Source: Glaucostegus cemiculus (taxonomy: Eukaryota). From it: 64,000 nucleotides of DNA. The notes beneath the pieces are model-generated. The model worked only from the letters and a program-made list of their open reading frames with translations, searched no databases and had not been told where the DNA came from. The translations under genes and the position numbers were made by a program. Positions 12,541-27,289 of the stretch are shown one piece after another. The DNA lies in the NCBI GenBank assembly GCA_976551045.1, contig CDPCPM010000106.1, forward strand, positions 23,684,001 through 23,748,000, read 5' to 3'. Position 1 is the stretch's first letter, and the number at the start of each line of letters is the position of its first letter.

Positions 12541-15272
12541 GACTATTTTACAGAGAAAGGCCTGAGAGTTCAGGGCCAGTGTCAGAATGAACAATTGGTT
12601 AGAAACTATATTCACCCCCAGTGTACTTCTCTTTGGCTGGCAATTCCACAGAGAATGATCAGCAGTGCCTGCAGTATCAGTCAGCTTGACTCTGGCCTGT
12701 GCACCTGTACATTGAGATGCGGAAGTTAGAGTTGAGCTGAAGGTGAGAGGTCGGTGAATCTAAACTCCTGGCCCACCACTGGACTTACCACTGAGTCACG
12801 GAAAAGCATACACATCCTGAGGGGCTGGATCCTTGGTTTTATGCCAACATGGTTGGTGTATTAATTTAAATAGACCTAGATTTAAAAGATAAATGCAGGT
12901 GTTTGTTGTTTTTCCTTATGTATTTACGAATTTCTGGTTCTTTAAGGCATTTTAAGTAAATATATTATTTTTTTATTCTTTAACTTTTAAAATAATATTT
13001 ACTTATTAAATTATTTCAATTTACTTGAACTGTCTGTGCTTGTCGGGAACACTTACAAACAGTTCAAAGGTGAAAGTTAAACAGGGCAGTGTGGAGCAGG
13101 CCTTCCGGATCTGCTCCCTGAGACCTAGTCATTGCTCACAGAGTACCGTGCCTCTTGGGTTGGCTGCAACAGCCAGACCTCCAGCTCAATCCGTCCCACA
13201 GGGCTGCAAATAATAAGTGGCATTACAGAGAAAGTATGGCTGCAAGAGGGCATCAAAGGTGGTGTATGCAGCAGTGGGTGACTCAGTTTCTTACTTTGCA
13301 GAGCTTTTTTACTATCTAAAACCCTTAATGCAAAACCATTGGAAAGGTTCTCCAGTTCCAAAGACAATGAATATCCCATGCTTTCTCTATTTGTGCAATA
13401 CTTAAGGCTCTGGACAGTTCTCTGCCCACTGCATTGCCGACCCTGTGAACCATCCCTTGGTTGCACTGCATCCAACATTTATGTAACCACCACACTGGGT
13501 GCCATTTCCAATTGAATGACTATCACAAGGAGAGATGCCTTCTGCACAAAAGTATGGACGTCAGTGCCCAGCAAATCAGCATATGTCAAATAATTTAATA
13601 TCCAGTCAAACCCAAGCCATACAAATCATTGACCTATCACCTTTACTGACAGGACCCTATTCCTGGCTGCAACTGAGCTGGAGGATTGTCATTGCCTTGA
13701 AGTGGAAGTAGCTCTGAAAATTAACCATGAATAGCTCTGGGACTGGACAGTCTGGCTACTGACTGCACCACCTTGTCATAGGCATCAGCAGTCTGGAGAT
13801 ACCTGACTGACAGTTGCAAAGTGCCAGTGGTGAGAGTGTGAATGGAGTCACCCTGAGAGAGAATGGGAGATTTGTATCTCAGGAGCCAATGACCTTGGCC
13901 CAGGTGAAGTGCTAGTTAGCTTGTCAACCACCGCAGAGTCATTGCAGATGGCAGAAACCTCCACTGAAGGTTGGGTGGCTTCTGCTTAATCCACCTCTCT
14001 CACTAAGATTTCTGGCTCTGCATTCAGGAAAAGGATTTTCTACTTCTGCAGTTGTGCTGTGTTCAGTGCTGTGAATGCTCAGATTGGATTTTGCAGTCAC
14101 CTGCCCGATAGGAGATGTTGAAGTGCACTAATGAAAAAAGCTTTTCCTCTGGTGCCTTTAAAGTGCACAAGTGTTTGCATAAGTTGTATGCACAAAAATC
14201 ATGCACTATTGGTAAACTGGCATGGATCCTATGGGCTATGCGACATTACAGCATGGTTTTTTTGGGCTAATGACTGTTGCTTATACAAGAACCATTGTGA
14301 TGGAAATAAGAATTGACTTTACACATGCCCAGTTTAACATGCTTCAGCTTCAGATAACACCAAATGGCACAGTGGTGTTCTGCAGATTAAGCTGACTTAA
14401 CAATATGGTACTATTCAGATTTGTGAAGTAGTTGTGTATTCCAGTGCATTAATTATGATTTGCTTTCAGCTAAATTAAACAGTTATATTTGTGACTTTCT
14501 TGTGTCAAAGAAATTCTAAAATTGATTCTATATCGCAAAACATAATTTTTATTTCTAATCACATATTTGTACAGTTTTGGGGTTTATATATTATGTATTA
14601 ACTGCCTGAGCTTCAGAACTTGGTATTCATATTTTGTTACCTTTTTTTAGACAATCAATATTCCTTATGAATGTTGTATGTGGTGCAAAAAATAAGCCTT
14701 TGGTTATACAGCTTATCTTTCTTTCTTAATTTGTTTTTGTCTTTTTCTTCTTCTGTTATTTTGTTTGTGGTTTCACCAAGTTGCACACTCTACTCCAGTC
14801 AAGGGGGTTATTTTTTTCTTGTATGCAATGTGTGGGCTTCACTGGTAAGCAATGGCAAGGTGATTACAGTGTGGCAGGTAAAGAGTTTCAGGGTGTAGAA
14901 TCAGCAGCTAAAGCGCAGCAGTTTTATACTGGAAATTTTCAAAGCCAGACAAGTCTCACTCCCCAGTTCCTAAATGAAAATTCAGCTGGCTCTTTCCCCA
15001 AAGTATATTAGATAGGGAACTCACTCTGAAGGAATCATGAACTCAAGTTCCACATTGTCATTGTAATAAGCATGCAACCCATTTGTAGAACTCTGGGGTT
15101 AAACTATCAGTTTTTATTTGCTCCAGTTGTATTCATTTATGTGATGTAGGCATTGCTGGCAAGACCTCCATTTATCGCCTTGTGTTGGCAGTGGTGAGTC
15201 ACTTTCAGGATCTATTCCAGTCCTGATGACTGCCACTGACAGTGCTGGCTAATAGCAGACAGTATTTTATCA

Positions 15273-15885
15273 ACCACGGCTCAGTGGGCAACGTTATCTC
15301 TCAGTCAGAAGGTTATGATTTCCACTCCAGAGTTGAGAAAACAAGAAGTCCCAGCTGACAGACTCATTTGCTACTGTGGTAGCACTGTTTTGTCTAAAGT
15401 ATCTTCCTTTGGATAGGACAATAAACTGAGGCTCCCTAAACTCAGGTGGTTGCAGAATTTTCAATGACATTACTTTGAAGAAGAGTAGATGAATTATCAC
15501 CAGTCTCCTGGCTAATATTTATTCCTGTCAACATCACTAAAAACACAATTTCCCAGAAGTTCATCCCAGGTTAGTACCAACGGGTGTGTTTCTACTTGGG
15601 TCTCTGAAATTTAGTTCCAGTTACTGCTTTCAGAAGCTGATTAGAAAGTACAGACACTAATGTGAAGCACATTTAGCCCCTACCAAGATGAGATAAATTT
15701 CTGGACAAGACTATCTCATCGTTATTGCATTGGGGTTTGTGAGAGTTTGTTATATTCAAAATTAGCCGTGATTCCTACATTACATTGGCCACTACTACAT
15801 TTCAAATGCGTTTCATTGGTTATAAAGCAATTTAGAATATCTTGAGGTCTGAACAATGCAACTTATATATCGAGGCCATTCATTT
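15273..15885 (+). mobile_element. DeuSINE-like (SacSINE1-type) SINE, degenerate and interrupted
   Basis: tRNA-like head ggctcagtgggcaac..agtcagaaggttatg, Deu-like core ggataggacaataaactgaggctccc, tail ttcattggttataaagcaattt. Similar to 29710-30150. Confidence 0.55.
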
Positions 15886-18737
15886 TTATTAGCAGGGCTC
15901 CTCAGTTACTGAAATTTGTTTCCATTATATCAAAAATTTGTGAAGATAAATGAATGAAATGAAGTGCATTCAGTGTATGTTGTTTTTTGAATCTCTCTAC
16001 ACGGTTACATTACACATAACCTACTCTGTTTCAACTTGGAGTTTATTTTATTACACATATTGGACTATACTCTTGTGTATGTTAGAATTATATAAGCACA
16101 GCTCTCAAAATTAATGGAAATAATGTTTCTTTGTTAATGAACCTAGTATTTTTGGTTTTGTTCCTTAAGCTGCTTAAAAAAAGACAGTGAGCTTTCTTAT
16201 TAGAGAATTCAGTAAAAATGTTAGCATTCAGAGCTATTAAAACAAAATCTTCTTTCAATTCCATAATAAGTTATTATCCTCATTTTCCTGGCTCTCTCCA
16301 TCTCCAAGGTCCCAGCTTCTGTGAGGGATGGTATTAGCCGTTTGTGCCTCCAAGGCGTCTAGCTTTGGCTTGGCTGCTATCAGCAGGTCTGAAGCAGACT
16401 GGAGGGCCTGAGGTAACTCATGCACAATCCTCCTGAGAAGGTTATCAAACCCGGCTTTTATGCCTCAGAGCAGCTTGTGCATGTTCTTTTGGGATCTCCC
16501 TCTGCTCAAACCACGGCTCACACCAACCAGATTAACTCTCCTCGGTATCAACACCAAACATACTAACTCATCCCCTTCAGCAAAGCAGTTCCTTTATTTC
16601 TCTTTGTGAATTTTAAAAATAAAAAAGCAGTCCTTTATTCCCCTCTCCACTATTAATTTTGTAGATAACTGGAGCTGAGCTTGAAGTAGGCTACAGTTAA
16701 CTAGGTAGCGAGCCAGCTTCACAGAGCGCTCTATTTTAAAAAAAAGAATAGTCTTGCAGTTACATAGCAGATCAGATTTAATTCAACTGTACATGTCCAA
16801 ACTCTAGTCTGGCATCTTCAGCATTTAAACACAAAGTCTCTATAAGGAGGACTGGTGTTTTCATACAGGTACCCCTTAATTGTTGAGGTAGGTGTAGGAG
16901 AAAAACTTAATGCAGAGAACAACAACTTGTATTCTCTTAAGTCAGTCTAAGATCACATTTTCAATTCTTTCCTGATTTGCTGCTTTCCACTGCCAGGAAA
17001 CAAACAATTGTATAAATGGTATCCCTGGTATTCAGTGGCTATAAGTCACAAGCCTCAGGCAATAGGTGTGTTGAGCTCATCTCATGTTCTCCCTCTTTGC
17101 TGGACACTATGTGGAGCTTGAGCGCAGTTGGACCAGGCCTAAACTAGTGTACATAGAGCAAATCCTTTTACTTCAGTAAAGACAAATGGCCATGGGGGCC
17201 ATTGATAAGTAATAGAAAGGGTTTTACTGGTTTAAAAGTCTTTTAAGCTTTTTTAATGATCTAATTTATAAAAATGATTTAACTTAAAATGTTTTTTTTA
17301 GTGCGCTTTAATAGTTCTTGATGATTCTGAATGCCGGCTGTTTTTGGGGATTGTACTTTCTGCTTCCCACACCCTAACATTATGGCATTGCATTGTGCAA
17401 AGCTCTGTTGTTACACAGAGCCATGGTATTGTGGATAGGTTTGGCACTTACCAATAAGTCATCACCAGATGATCCATATAACGTAATCACCATGTAGGCT
17501 GATGGTGAGTGTGGGCAGCTCATTACTGATAGCTAGTTCTGATCCATTGTCGATGGTGTGGGGAAAAAAGCAGGAGTCTGGAATTTGACTAGAATAGCTT
17601 GTGGGGAAAACACCAGTGCAGACTTAACAGACTCTTTTTCTGTGCTCTAACATTCTGGGATGCCTGTAGACCACAACAGTGCAACAGTATTTTAAATGTG
17701 ATAATTTGAAACTGACTGCAGGCAGATTTCAGCAGCACTGAGTTTACAAGTTGACTATTTATCGTCATTAAGTGACTCTTCCCAAGTGTTTACAGCATCT
17801 GAAAAATGACAACGAAAATGTTACTGATTCAAACACACCCCTCCCACCCATTATCCTTTCTTTACATAAAAGGCTATGTTTTTCTTCTTCCTGTGCCCCA
17901 TGGTGTTCCCAGGATACAGCTGGCAAGGGTCCTGTTCCCAGGCTTCCACCAAGGTTTTCCTGTTCCAGATGCTTGGAGGCCTGCCACCGGAGAAACCTAT
18001 GAGGAGGAGAGGCAATTCAGTTCAAGAGGAGACAACAATTATTGTTTATGGATGGGAAGAAAGATACAAAGACCGATGCCTTTTTGCAAATGCTCCATAT
18101 TTGGAAATTTAAATCTGCAGTGATCATTGTTATAAGTAAATGTTGCAGCCTTTTTTTGTATAAGCAAAATCCAACAAACAATAATCTGAATCCTGGTTCA
18201 CCTATTTTGGCAGTTTGCTTCCAATAATGTAGTAGTGAGTTTAGCTTTCATTTGAAAGGCAGATGGGGCCACATATCTCATCCACGTGTCAAATCTCTAA
18301 ACTCATTAAATCTACCAAGAGTCTGAATCAAGATTTGTTTCTGGATAGAAATGGAATAAAGAAACCCAAGGACTGGAAACTAACAGTGGATAAACTCTCC
18401 CTATCTATAATTTTTGAATATATCTTTTTAATGGAGTTGGTTGATAAGAGCAATCCCATCACCAACAAGAGGTCTCAGTGGAAAGATAAGCCCTAAGGAC
18501 AAATCTAACAGGTAATAATAAAATAGGATGAAAATATCTGGTGGGAGGGTAAAAGAAAAAATAGCGATTTTAAGTTGCAAAATAGTGGAGCTCTCATCTA
18601 CAGAAGACAATTTATGTTTATTTCTCTGCTCGGTCCTTATCTTGTATAACCTGGTAGAATATGCACAATTAGGTCATCTTATTTCAAAAAGGAGACCATA
18701 CCTGGAATGGACATTATCAAGAAATTAAGTTTTAAGG

Positions 18738-19620
18738 GACTTAGATGAAAATGTAGGGGGTCTGATTAGTAAGTTTGCCGACAACACAAAATTGGTGGAG
18801 TTGTAGATAATGACGAAGGTTGTCTAAGGATATGGTGGGCCTTAGATCAGCTGGAAAGTAAGTCAGAGCCGTGGCAGATGAAGCTTAATCCAGGCAACTA
18901 TGAGGTACTGCACTCTGAGAGGCCAAATTTTTGGTCGGGCATATGGAATAAATGGCAGGGACCTTAAGAGTATTGATGTATAGGGAGACCTTGGGGTTGA
19001 ATTTGGCAACACAGGTGGATAGAGTAGTGAAAAAGGCATTCGGTATGCTTGCCTTCATAGGATGAGGCATTGAAAATATGACTTGAGATGTTACGTTGCA
19101 GTTGTACAAAACATTGGTTCTGGGTACTGGTTGCCACAATATAGAAAGGATGTGGTATCACTAGAGAGAGTACAGATGAGGTTCACCAGGGTGTTGCCTG
19201 GAATCAAGGGCTTTGGTTGTAAAGAGAGATTGGATAGGCTGGGTTTATTCTCACTGGAACGTAGGAGGCTGAGGGGCGACCTTATGGAGGTTTATAACAT
19301 TATGAGGTATATACCTAAGATAGATAGTCAGAAACTTTTTCCCTGGGCAAGGGAGTCTAGAACTAGAGGGGAGAAAGTTAAAGGAGATCTGAGGGGTAAG
19401 TCTTTCACACAGAGGGTGATGAATATCTGGAACGAACTGCCAGAGGAGGTAGTGGATACAGATATAATTACAACATATAAAAGGCGCTTGGACAGATACT
19501 GAGATAGGAAAGGCATAGAGGAATATGGTCCTAATAAGGACAAATAGGATTAGCATAGATAGGCATCACAATTGGCATGGATGAGGCTATGAGGGCCTGT
19601 TTTGGTGCTATTTTATGATT
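18738..19620 (+). mobile_element. CR1 LINE 3' fragment (RT to tail) nested in an older CR1
   Basis: Starts near RT motif SKFADNTK (agtaagtttgccgacaacacaaa). ORF 19083-19502 contains LERVQMRFTRVLPG..RRRLRGDLMEVY. Older CR1-like sequence flanks it at about 18400-18735 and 19620-19870. Confidence 0.9.
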
Positions 19621-21235
19621 GAACTACAAGGAGAAATTAAGGAGCTTGAGCTCTGCTATTCAGAAAGAAGCAATTAAGGGAAAACTATAGATGTTTGCAA
19701 AGTTTAGATAAGAGATAAAGTGAAGTGAAGATATTACTTTTCAGGTAAGTTTATGTTATAGAACAAAAGGACACTGAAATTAGCAAATGAAATTAGCAAA
19801 AACTGTGAACAGTAAAATTGTAAGGTGGGTTTGATGGGCTGAATGGCCTTTTCCAAAGGCTCTTAGGATTTAGACAATAGCAAAAGAGTCCTGAACACCA
19901 AATCATCGGTGAGGACAACTTCATTAGTGAAAATCAAAGCAAGGTTGAATCAGAGAGGTGCGAGAACATGATAAGCTATGGGAAGAGATTGCCAACATCT
20001 GGGACCAAGATCAAGCCAACAGGGAACCCAAGACGTCTGAAAATCTACAAAAGAATGTTGTAAAATTTCATTCAAATGACATCCTTAATCCAAGTCTTCA
20101 GTTTATCATTGAATTAGACAGCAGAGTTTAATTCTGAGATGGTGAAGAAGACATAATTAATTATGTGAATGTCAATTTGCATTCAATGGATATTTGAATG
20201 TGATATGTATATGGAGTTGCTTAAAATTTGACTGTATTAAAAGCGCATTTGTCATAGCTCAAAATAAGCATGTGGTATGAATCATTCAGAACTTGCAATT
20301 CCTTTATCCCTCTCTTGTGACATATGATATGCTTTAGCAGCTTTTTTCAAGCCCTGCTTCATTATTCCTTTTCAAAAATGTGTGTTTTTATATCAACAAC
20401 TTAAAAAGATAATTATTTTTGTGATTTACAAGCTATTTGGAAAAGAAGTAAAATTGCAATATGTCAAACATAATGAACAAAGACAGCAAAAGCCCTTCTC
20501 AACTTCATGGTTCAGGGCACCCAATGATGGTGTTTTCCAACATGAGCAATGGTCAGGAGTAGGTGTTAAAGCGAGAGGGGAAAATGTAGTTCACATTACG
20601 TTCTGACTCCATAGCAGGAATGCTTTGTCCCAGCTCAGATTTCTATGATTAAAGTGTTCAACTTTTGCACTTGTTCAAATACAATGTTTACTGTAAATTT
20701 TTGAAGTGCCTTTGATCTCTCCAACATCATCATCAGTCATTGATCAGCAGTTAGAACTGTACATTCCTTGTCAACTGGAATTGCCTCCTTGCAAGTAAGC
20801 AATAGCCGCTGATGCAGCAAAGTGCTAACTGTCGTGAGTGCAAATGGTTGAAAGCCACTATTTGCTCTAAGTATTGCCTGAGGCAACAGTGCCACTGGGT
20901 GGTGTAGGAAGGACAGCCCCAGGCTTTATAACCGGGGATTCTCTAGCTGGTGTGGCTTTTGTTGTGCACTTCAAATTACTTCCATAACCGACAGACTGTC
21001 TTTTGAGTATAAAGATCCTCTTCTCACACTGAACTCCTGATGACTATGATTTGATGTAATTATCTGTTTTCTCATTTAAAAGGCCTTGTGTGAGATCAAG
21101 AATCCCAGACTTGCAAGCCAGAAATTCCTGTTAGTTAAACATAGTTGGCAAATTAAATCAATAAAAGCAAATATTCTGGCTCGAGAGGGATCCCTAAGTT
21201 TTCGTGTGGACTCTGGCCAGTTTTGCTCCTCAATG

Positions 21236-21412
21236 AGTGCAGTTCTGGTCACTACACTACAGAAAGGATGTGGAGGCTTTGGAAAGGGTGCAGAAGAGAT
21301 TTACTAGGATATTGCCTGAACTGGACTGTGACTGCTACAAGGAGAGGTTGGACAAACCTGGACTGTCTTTGCTGGAGCGTCAGACGCTGAGGCCCAACCT
21401 AATAGAAGCTTG
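21236..21412 (+). mobile_element. Internal CR1 ORF2 fragment
   Basis: QFWSLHYRKDVEALERVQKRFTRILPEL..YKERLDKPGL. Confidence 0.85.
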
Positions 21413-21959
21413 TAGTAGAAGTTCTGACCTCTTCCAACAAGCTCAGGTTGCTGTGATTGTTGTTCCAGATACAAATATTGAAAGGGTCTTTGAGGCTGCT
21501 TTGACATTCCAGCATTCTGTCCTCCCACAGGTTACAGGTTACAGTCGATGCATTTCTCCCAAGGGATGGCCCAGCTCAGTTGAGTTTGAATTTGTTACCC
21601 TCATTTCCACTCCTACAGTCCCCTTGCTCCTGGCCCTCCACTCCTGGCAGGCTGGTGAATTCCAGAGCTAAGCCATGAAGGTGCAGAATTGTTTGAAGTC
21701 TTTCTTCATAGCCACCAGTAACCCACCACCTTGCCTGCAATCTCTGAAGGAGCTCTGCATAGATGAAGTAGATTAACAAACACAAGAGTCAACCAGTTTA
21801 TGTTTATGCTCTCATTTGGACATGCACAATTGTTTTACCACTGACTTGACTGAATCTTATTTTCATAGTTTGTTCTCATGCAAATGTTGAGATGACCAAC
21901 AACTGCATGATGACTACATAATAACCAAGTCACAACAACGTTTGGAGTATGCTTTAATT

Positions 21960-22620
21960 TTAATCACATGGGAGGTGAGCATTGCCAAGAGGTTGCAATT
22001 CAGGAAGGGATGATGTTGAAGAGCTGGTATTAAAGCAATTCCCTCAAGTGTTAACTGGTGAGCTCCAACCTTGTGAATGAGGACCCAAAGGTGACATATG
22101 TCCCAGCCAGGATGATGTATGGCTTGGCGACTGCCATGGAGGTGTTCAAGCACCCAAGTAATGGTTGCCCTTGTCTCTATAAGTGGTAGCAGTTGAAGCT
22201 GTTCTAAGGAATCATAGACAAATTGCTGATGTCTATCTCCTGGATGGTATAGGCTGCAGCCAATGGGTGAATGGTGGACACCAGTGAAAATGATAGTGGT
22301 AGATGTGGTCAGCATTCAAGGGGGCTGCTTTGTTCTGAATGATTTCAAGCTTATTCACTGTCTGGTAAGTCTCACTAATGGAGTTAAGAAGAAAATGTAT
22401 CTTGTAACTCTAATGTGCTAACAGATGGATGATAGTCTTTGTGGGTTCAGGAGTATGCAACCTCTGAAATATTTCTTGGAACCACAGTAATTAAGTTCTC
22501 TTACAGGATGTTGATGAGTAATGATAATGTCATTTAATGTCAAAGGGAAATATTCAGATGGCTTATTGCTAGAGATGCTTACTGCCACGATCTGTGTGAA
22601 AAATTATCACCCTAAGTCTG
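21960..22620 (-). mobile_element. Degenerate CR1/L2-group LINE 3' part
   Basis: Similar to 51530-52150 and to the reverse complement of 58400-59250. Confidence 0.5.
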
Positions 22621-22963
22621 ACAGATGCACAGTCTTGCTGCATTGGGCAAGGTTTGTTTTTGAGTAAATTCTCATTTAGTGTACTGGGTCTTCACCTGGA
22701 TCATGGGCAAATTAGAATGATTGTACAATGGTCAGTGTGTGAAGATGGGAAGTGGAAATTTGCTGGTAAGTGCTGGGTGATTAGATCTCAGACTGACATT
22801 TAGTTTATTTAGTGTTGAACTTAGAAATAAACCCCAGAAGGAACTGTAAGTTAGACAAGGGTTAACTCAAACTGTCTCAATCTAACTATTAATGGCAATT
22901 AACAGTTAATGGGCTATAAAGGTATGTCTGAATTAGGAATTTCTATTGTGAATGGAATTCTAT

Positions 22964-23481
22964 TGTGAATAGGTTGCCTCATTATAGAAAGAATATGGAA
23001 GCTTTAGAGAAGGCGCAGAGGAGACTTACCAGGATGTTGCCTGGATTGGAGAGCATGTCTTATGAGGATAGGCTGAGTGAGCTAGGACTTTTCTCTTTGG
23101 AGAGAAGGAGGATGAGAGGTGACTTGATAGAGTTGTACAAGATGACAAGAGGCATAGATCGAGTGGACAGTCGGAGACTTTTTCCCAGTGCGACACTGGC
23201 TAACATGAGGGGACATAATTTTAAGGGGATTAGAGGAAGGTATAAGGGGGATGCCAGGGGCAAGTTTTTTTTTTACACAGAGGGCGATGGGTGTGTGGAA
23301 CGCACTGCCGGCAGAGGTTGTGGGGGCAGATACATTAGGGACGTTTAAGAGACTCTTAGATAGACTTGAATGATGGAAAAATAAGGGGCTATGTGGAAGG
23401 TTTAGACAAAATGTTGGCGCAACATTGTGGGCCAAATGGCCAGTACTGTGTTGTAGTGTTCTATGTTCTATATGTTCTATG
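22964..23481 (+). mobile_element. Young 5'-truncated CR1 LINE with (TTCTATG)n tail
   Basis: ORF 22965-23348 YRKNMEALEKAQRRLTRMLPGLESMSYEDRL..RRRMRGDLIELYK, tail gttctatgttctatatgttctatg, CpGs retained. Confidence 0.92.
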
Positions 23482-26400
23482 AATAAGGAGTTGAGTCAGC
23501 ATATAAACTCCAGATAAAAAGCAAAGTACTGAAGGTTTTGGAAGTCTGAAATGAAATCAGAAAAAAATAAGCTGGGTAGTATCTGTGGAAAGAAAAGGAC
23601 AATGATGATATTTGTAAACTAGTGTGACTCAAAAAAAAAGAGTAAAATTTCTGCTGCTATACAGACTATTCACACTGGATCGTCTTAAGTGGACAGGCTT
23701 CTTATAGAGTGTGAAGTTGAAAATTTGGTCAGAATGTGAATTTGGTGCGGGGGGTGGGAAGGAAATGCTGGCAGTGGTAACTTGTAGTTTTGAGTCATTA
23801 AGTATTTAATATTTAGTCTTGTGATTTAGTGCTTCATGCAACTTGATGTGTTTAACCTGAAAAACTTTTATCACAGATTTAAAATAAAATATAGATTAAC
23901 TAAGCACTGCAGTTCTAACAAAATGTCATCAACCAAAAGTGTTTGTGCTATTTCTCTCTCAACACATGCCACTTGAATTGCTGTATTTATTGTTCTTATT
24001 TCAAGCATGCAAAGGATTTTACTCTTTTATCAAAGTGGGTTGTGTGTCTGAACTGCAGAAATATAAGCTGGTTTGGAGAGGTAGACTCTCCTGAGGAAGC
24101 ATCTGTGGAGTAGGTGTTTCCAACCCAGGATCACTGTGTTACCCTCGACTAACTCACCACTAAATAGGAAGTGAGGCTCTCCCTTCTCTGCAACCCTTGC
24201 CATGACCTTTATAATGTTCAACCCTCCCATCCTCTCACCTCTGACACCAGTTCACTTTTGCAACTTCCTAAAGCTGTCTGTGGCCCAAGATGTACTCAAT
24301 ATCCTTTGTATGCTCTGTGCTGGCAGAGTGTGCAAAGGAAAGACCTTACTTCATCTGAGGCTGGCTTAGTAGTCAATAAGGTCTTGGGATTCATAGACTA
24401 TTGAATTTTCTAAAGACTGGTCCATAAACGGAATATTTGTGTTCACAGTGCTGCAACTGTTTAATGTGCTTTTATGGACACCCAAAAATTCTAAGCATTA
24501 GAGTTTGACGTATTTGTCAGCTTTGACTGTTCCCTTTAAGCCTGTTCCACCTAGGCCTGGGGTGTGTGTCTTAGGCAGCTGCCAAAATCTTCCTGTGGGC
24601 AGGACTTGTTGTGCACCTGCCCCCACATAATGGAAGGCCTCGCCGGCCCCGGGGACTAACCTGGCACTTCCACTTGGGGAGAGGGTGCAAGTGGAAATCG
24701 CAAATAAAGACCCAGGATGCAAAAATTATCTGGACCACACATTCAAATTTCTACTCCCGTTTGTTGAAAAACTTTATTTCTGCAGTTTGAGTTAAAATTT
24801 TGAATTCAGCAGAGGAAGAAAAATCATTAAAGGAGTAGGAATCATAGTCTACAGGAAATAGTAATACATTTACAAATTAAACTGCCCTTATACATACATA
24901 AAATATATACATACATATAGAATACAAAAAGGCCACAATCATATAAATTTACCCATAAATGAAATTGTCTCCAGAATGGTAACAAAATAGTGATCCACGT
25001 GGTAAGAGGGAAACTGTATTTGACATCCTGTTTGTGTACCCAACCTATTTTTACTGGTTCACGATCATGCTTTTTATCTCATCTGAAGGTAGTTACCCTG
25101 TTGTGTCACTCTCTGTATAATCAGCTTTTGTACAAATGCGGGTTCAGGTCTTAAGGTCACCTTCTCTTCTTCATAGTGAAAAGGTGAAGGATCCATCTTT
25201 GAACATTGACAGATTTGAAATGCAGTCAGTTAATCTTTCTCTGACCCGAGGCAAAGTCACCTTTGGGTCGGTGCTCAGGTGTCTGTCCCCAATGCCCCAT
25301 CTGCCTAAATCAAGGGCTCAACCCACTCTTATTTCCCTGTGCCCACAGGGCATTGTGGGAAGCAACTAAGGTAGTGCTCTAACTCAGGACAAACGGCTAT
25401 TATTCTGACTGTGCAACTAAATCATACTTCAGCATGACATAAAACCCACTCTGAGGAGTCTTTAGTTATTACGCCTTCAAATCAAAGGAGTATATCTACA
25501 GATATTTACTGTACTTAGCGAAATATACCACATTACTCAGAGAGACACTGTAATGTGGAAAATTTCATTTTAGTTCCAAACGGATTGCATCAAAGGCATT
25601 GGCTACTTTATAAAAGTGCTGGTTCTCAACACTTGCTATTCTGTGACCCCACATCTCATCTCATTGTCTTAAACTGATACAAAGATGCACTTGCAATAGA
25701 GTAAAGCCCTGTCCTTAGTAGGTATTGGTTTTAAAAATCCACAAATTAAATTCAGTAACTCCCCCGAGAGCTGGTGCAAGGAATGGGATGCGAGATTAAC
25801 CCAAATTTGTGCCATCTGCCAATTACCATGGCCACAGAATGCAGCCAGTGCTAATTGCACTGCTGTGTGGCTGCATGCACCAGCAGGAGGGCAACATCGT
25901 GAGAAAGTAGTACCACTTAAAATTAGCCTGGGCTAATTAAAGCCATTCTTCATCTCTTAAAGGCGAGGTGGATTATGGTTGGAGAAGGTGGCAGCTTTTA
26001 ATGGCAACCTTACCAAAGTGCAGATGTCTGATACACTGTCCCTCACTGAGGTTCAGCTGGGAGAGTTGTTCAGTACAGCACAATAGCACAATACAAGCCC
26101 TTTGGCCCCGATGTTCCCTGAGCACCCTGACAGATAATGGCCTTTTGCAGAGCCCTTCACTTCCTCCAGCAGCGGGTCTCTCTGTATGAGTTCACACTCA
26201 GTCACACTATGTTCTGGGGGAAACCCTGATGCACCCATGTTGGGCAGTAACTGATTTAAGCGGAAGCCTTGAAATCAGGACATTGTCCTTCTGCCCTTGT
26301 ACTTCATTCTCTGCACACTTTAGCAATAATCAAGAACTCTGGAAACAACAAAGAAATGAAGCAACACTCAGAAAAATCAAACAGCATCTACAAGTGGTTC

Positions 26401-27289
26401 ATGTCTTTTTTATCTACTATTGCTGGGGGGGGAAGGGGCAGAAGGGAGGGCATTAGTTGGAGTTAGCTCTAAAGTGACAGCTGGATCATGCATCAATTGA
26501 CATCACAACCTCTGCATACTTCCAGTGGGCATTAGCTCACCCTCTCCAACGTGGCATCCACACTGGTCCTCGCCATTTCAAACATGAAGATGGGCAGAGG
26601 GTCCAAATATTACACACAATGGACCTGAACGTTTCAACACTGTGCCCAGTTTAACATATCTGTGGTGTTACTGAGCCCCTCATGTTGCAGAGAATCATGC
26701 CCCTGGGGATCAATAATAGGCCATGACAATATGTACAAACTGAGGTAAAGCTTCACACACCACCCTATCAGCAACCTGGCTCCAGCCTGTTCTTAGTCAC
26801 CTTCATCCTACCTGGCTTCTGGAGTCAGGTAAACTGAATTATGAGGACATTGTGTGCGCACTATTACAAATACCTAGAGCCTTTTAATGTGCTATTTTTT
26901 ATAAGCACTGTCTTACCTTTCACAGAAATACAAAATACTGAGTTCTTTAACCTTTGAGGAAGGTTGTTGAGCTCCTGTGGGACTGGATGCTGTGCATAAT
27001 AACAGACCTTGTATCTGAATGTTTATCCAACCCTCAGGATGGCAGGTGTGAAACAGCCAAGGCCTGCAGTTGCAAACCCTAAGGCTGTGTCTCCAACACC
27101 ACCTAGTGGCGCTACTGCCTCAGGAAACACCCCCCAAACAGTCCCTTTTAAATACCAGCAGCAATAAACACTGTTCAAAGCTCCAGGGCAACATTTTTTC
27201 CCATTAGCTGGAAATGCACACACAAACCTATACGTTTGAGCATATTTGACAAATGTGATCAATTGTGGAGAAAGCAAAGCTTTCAGTAT

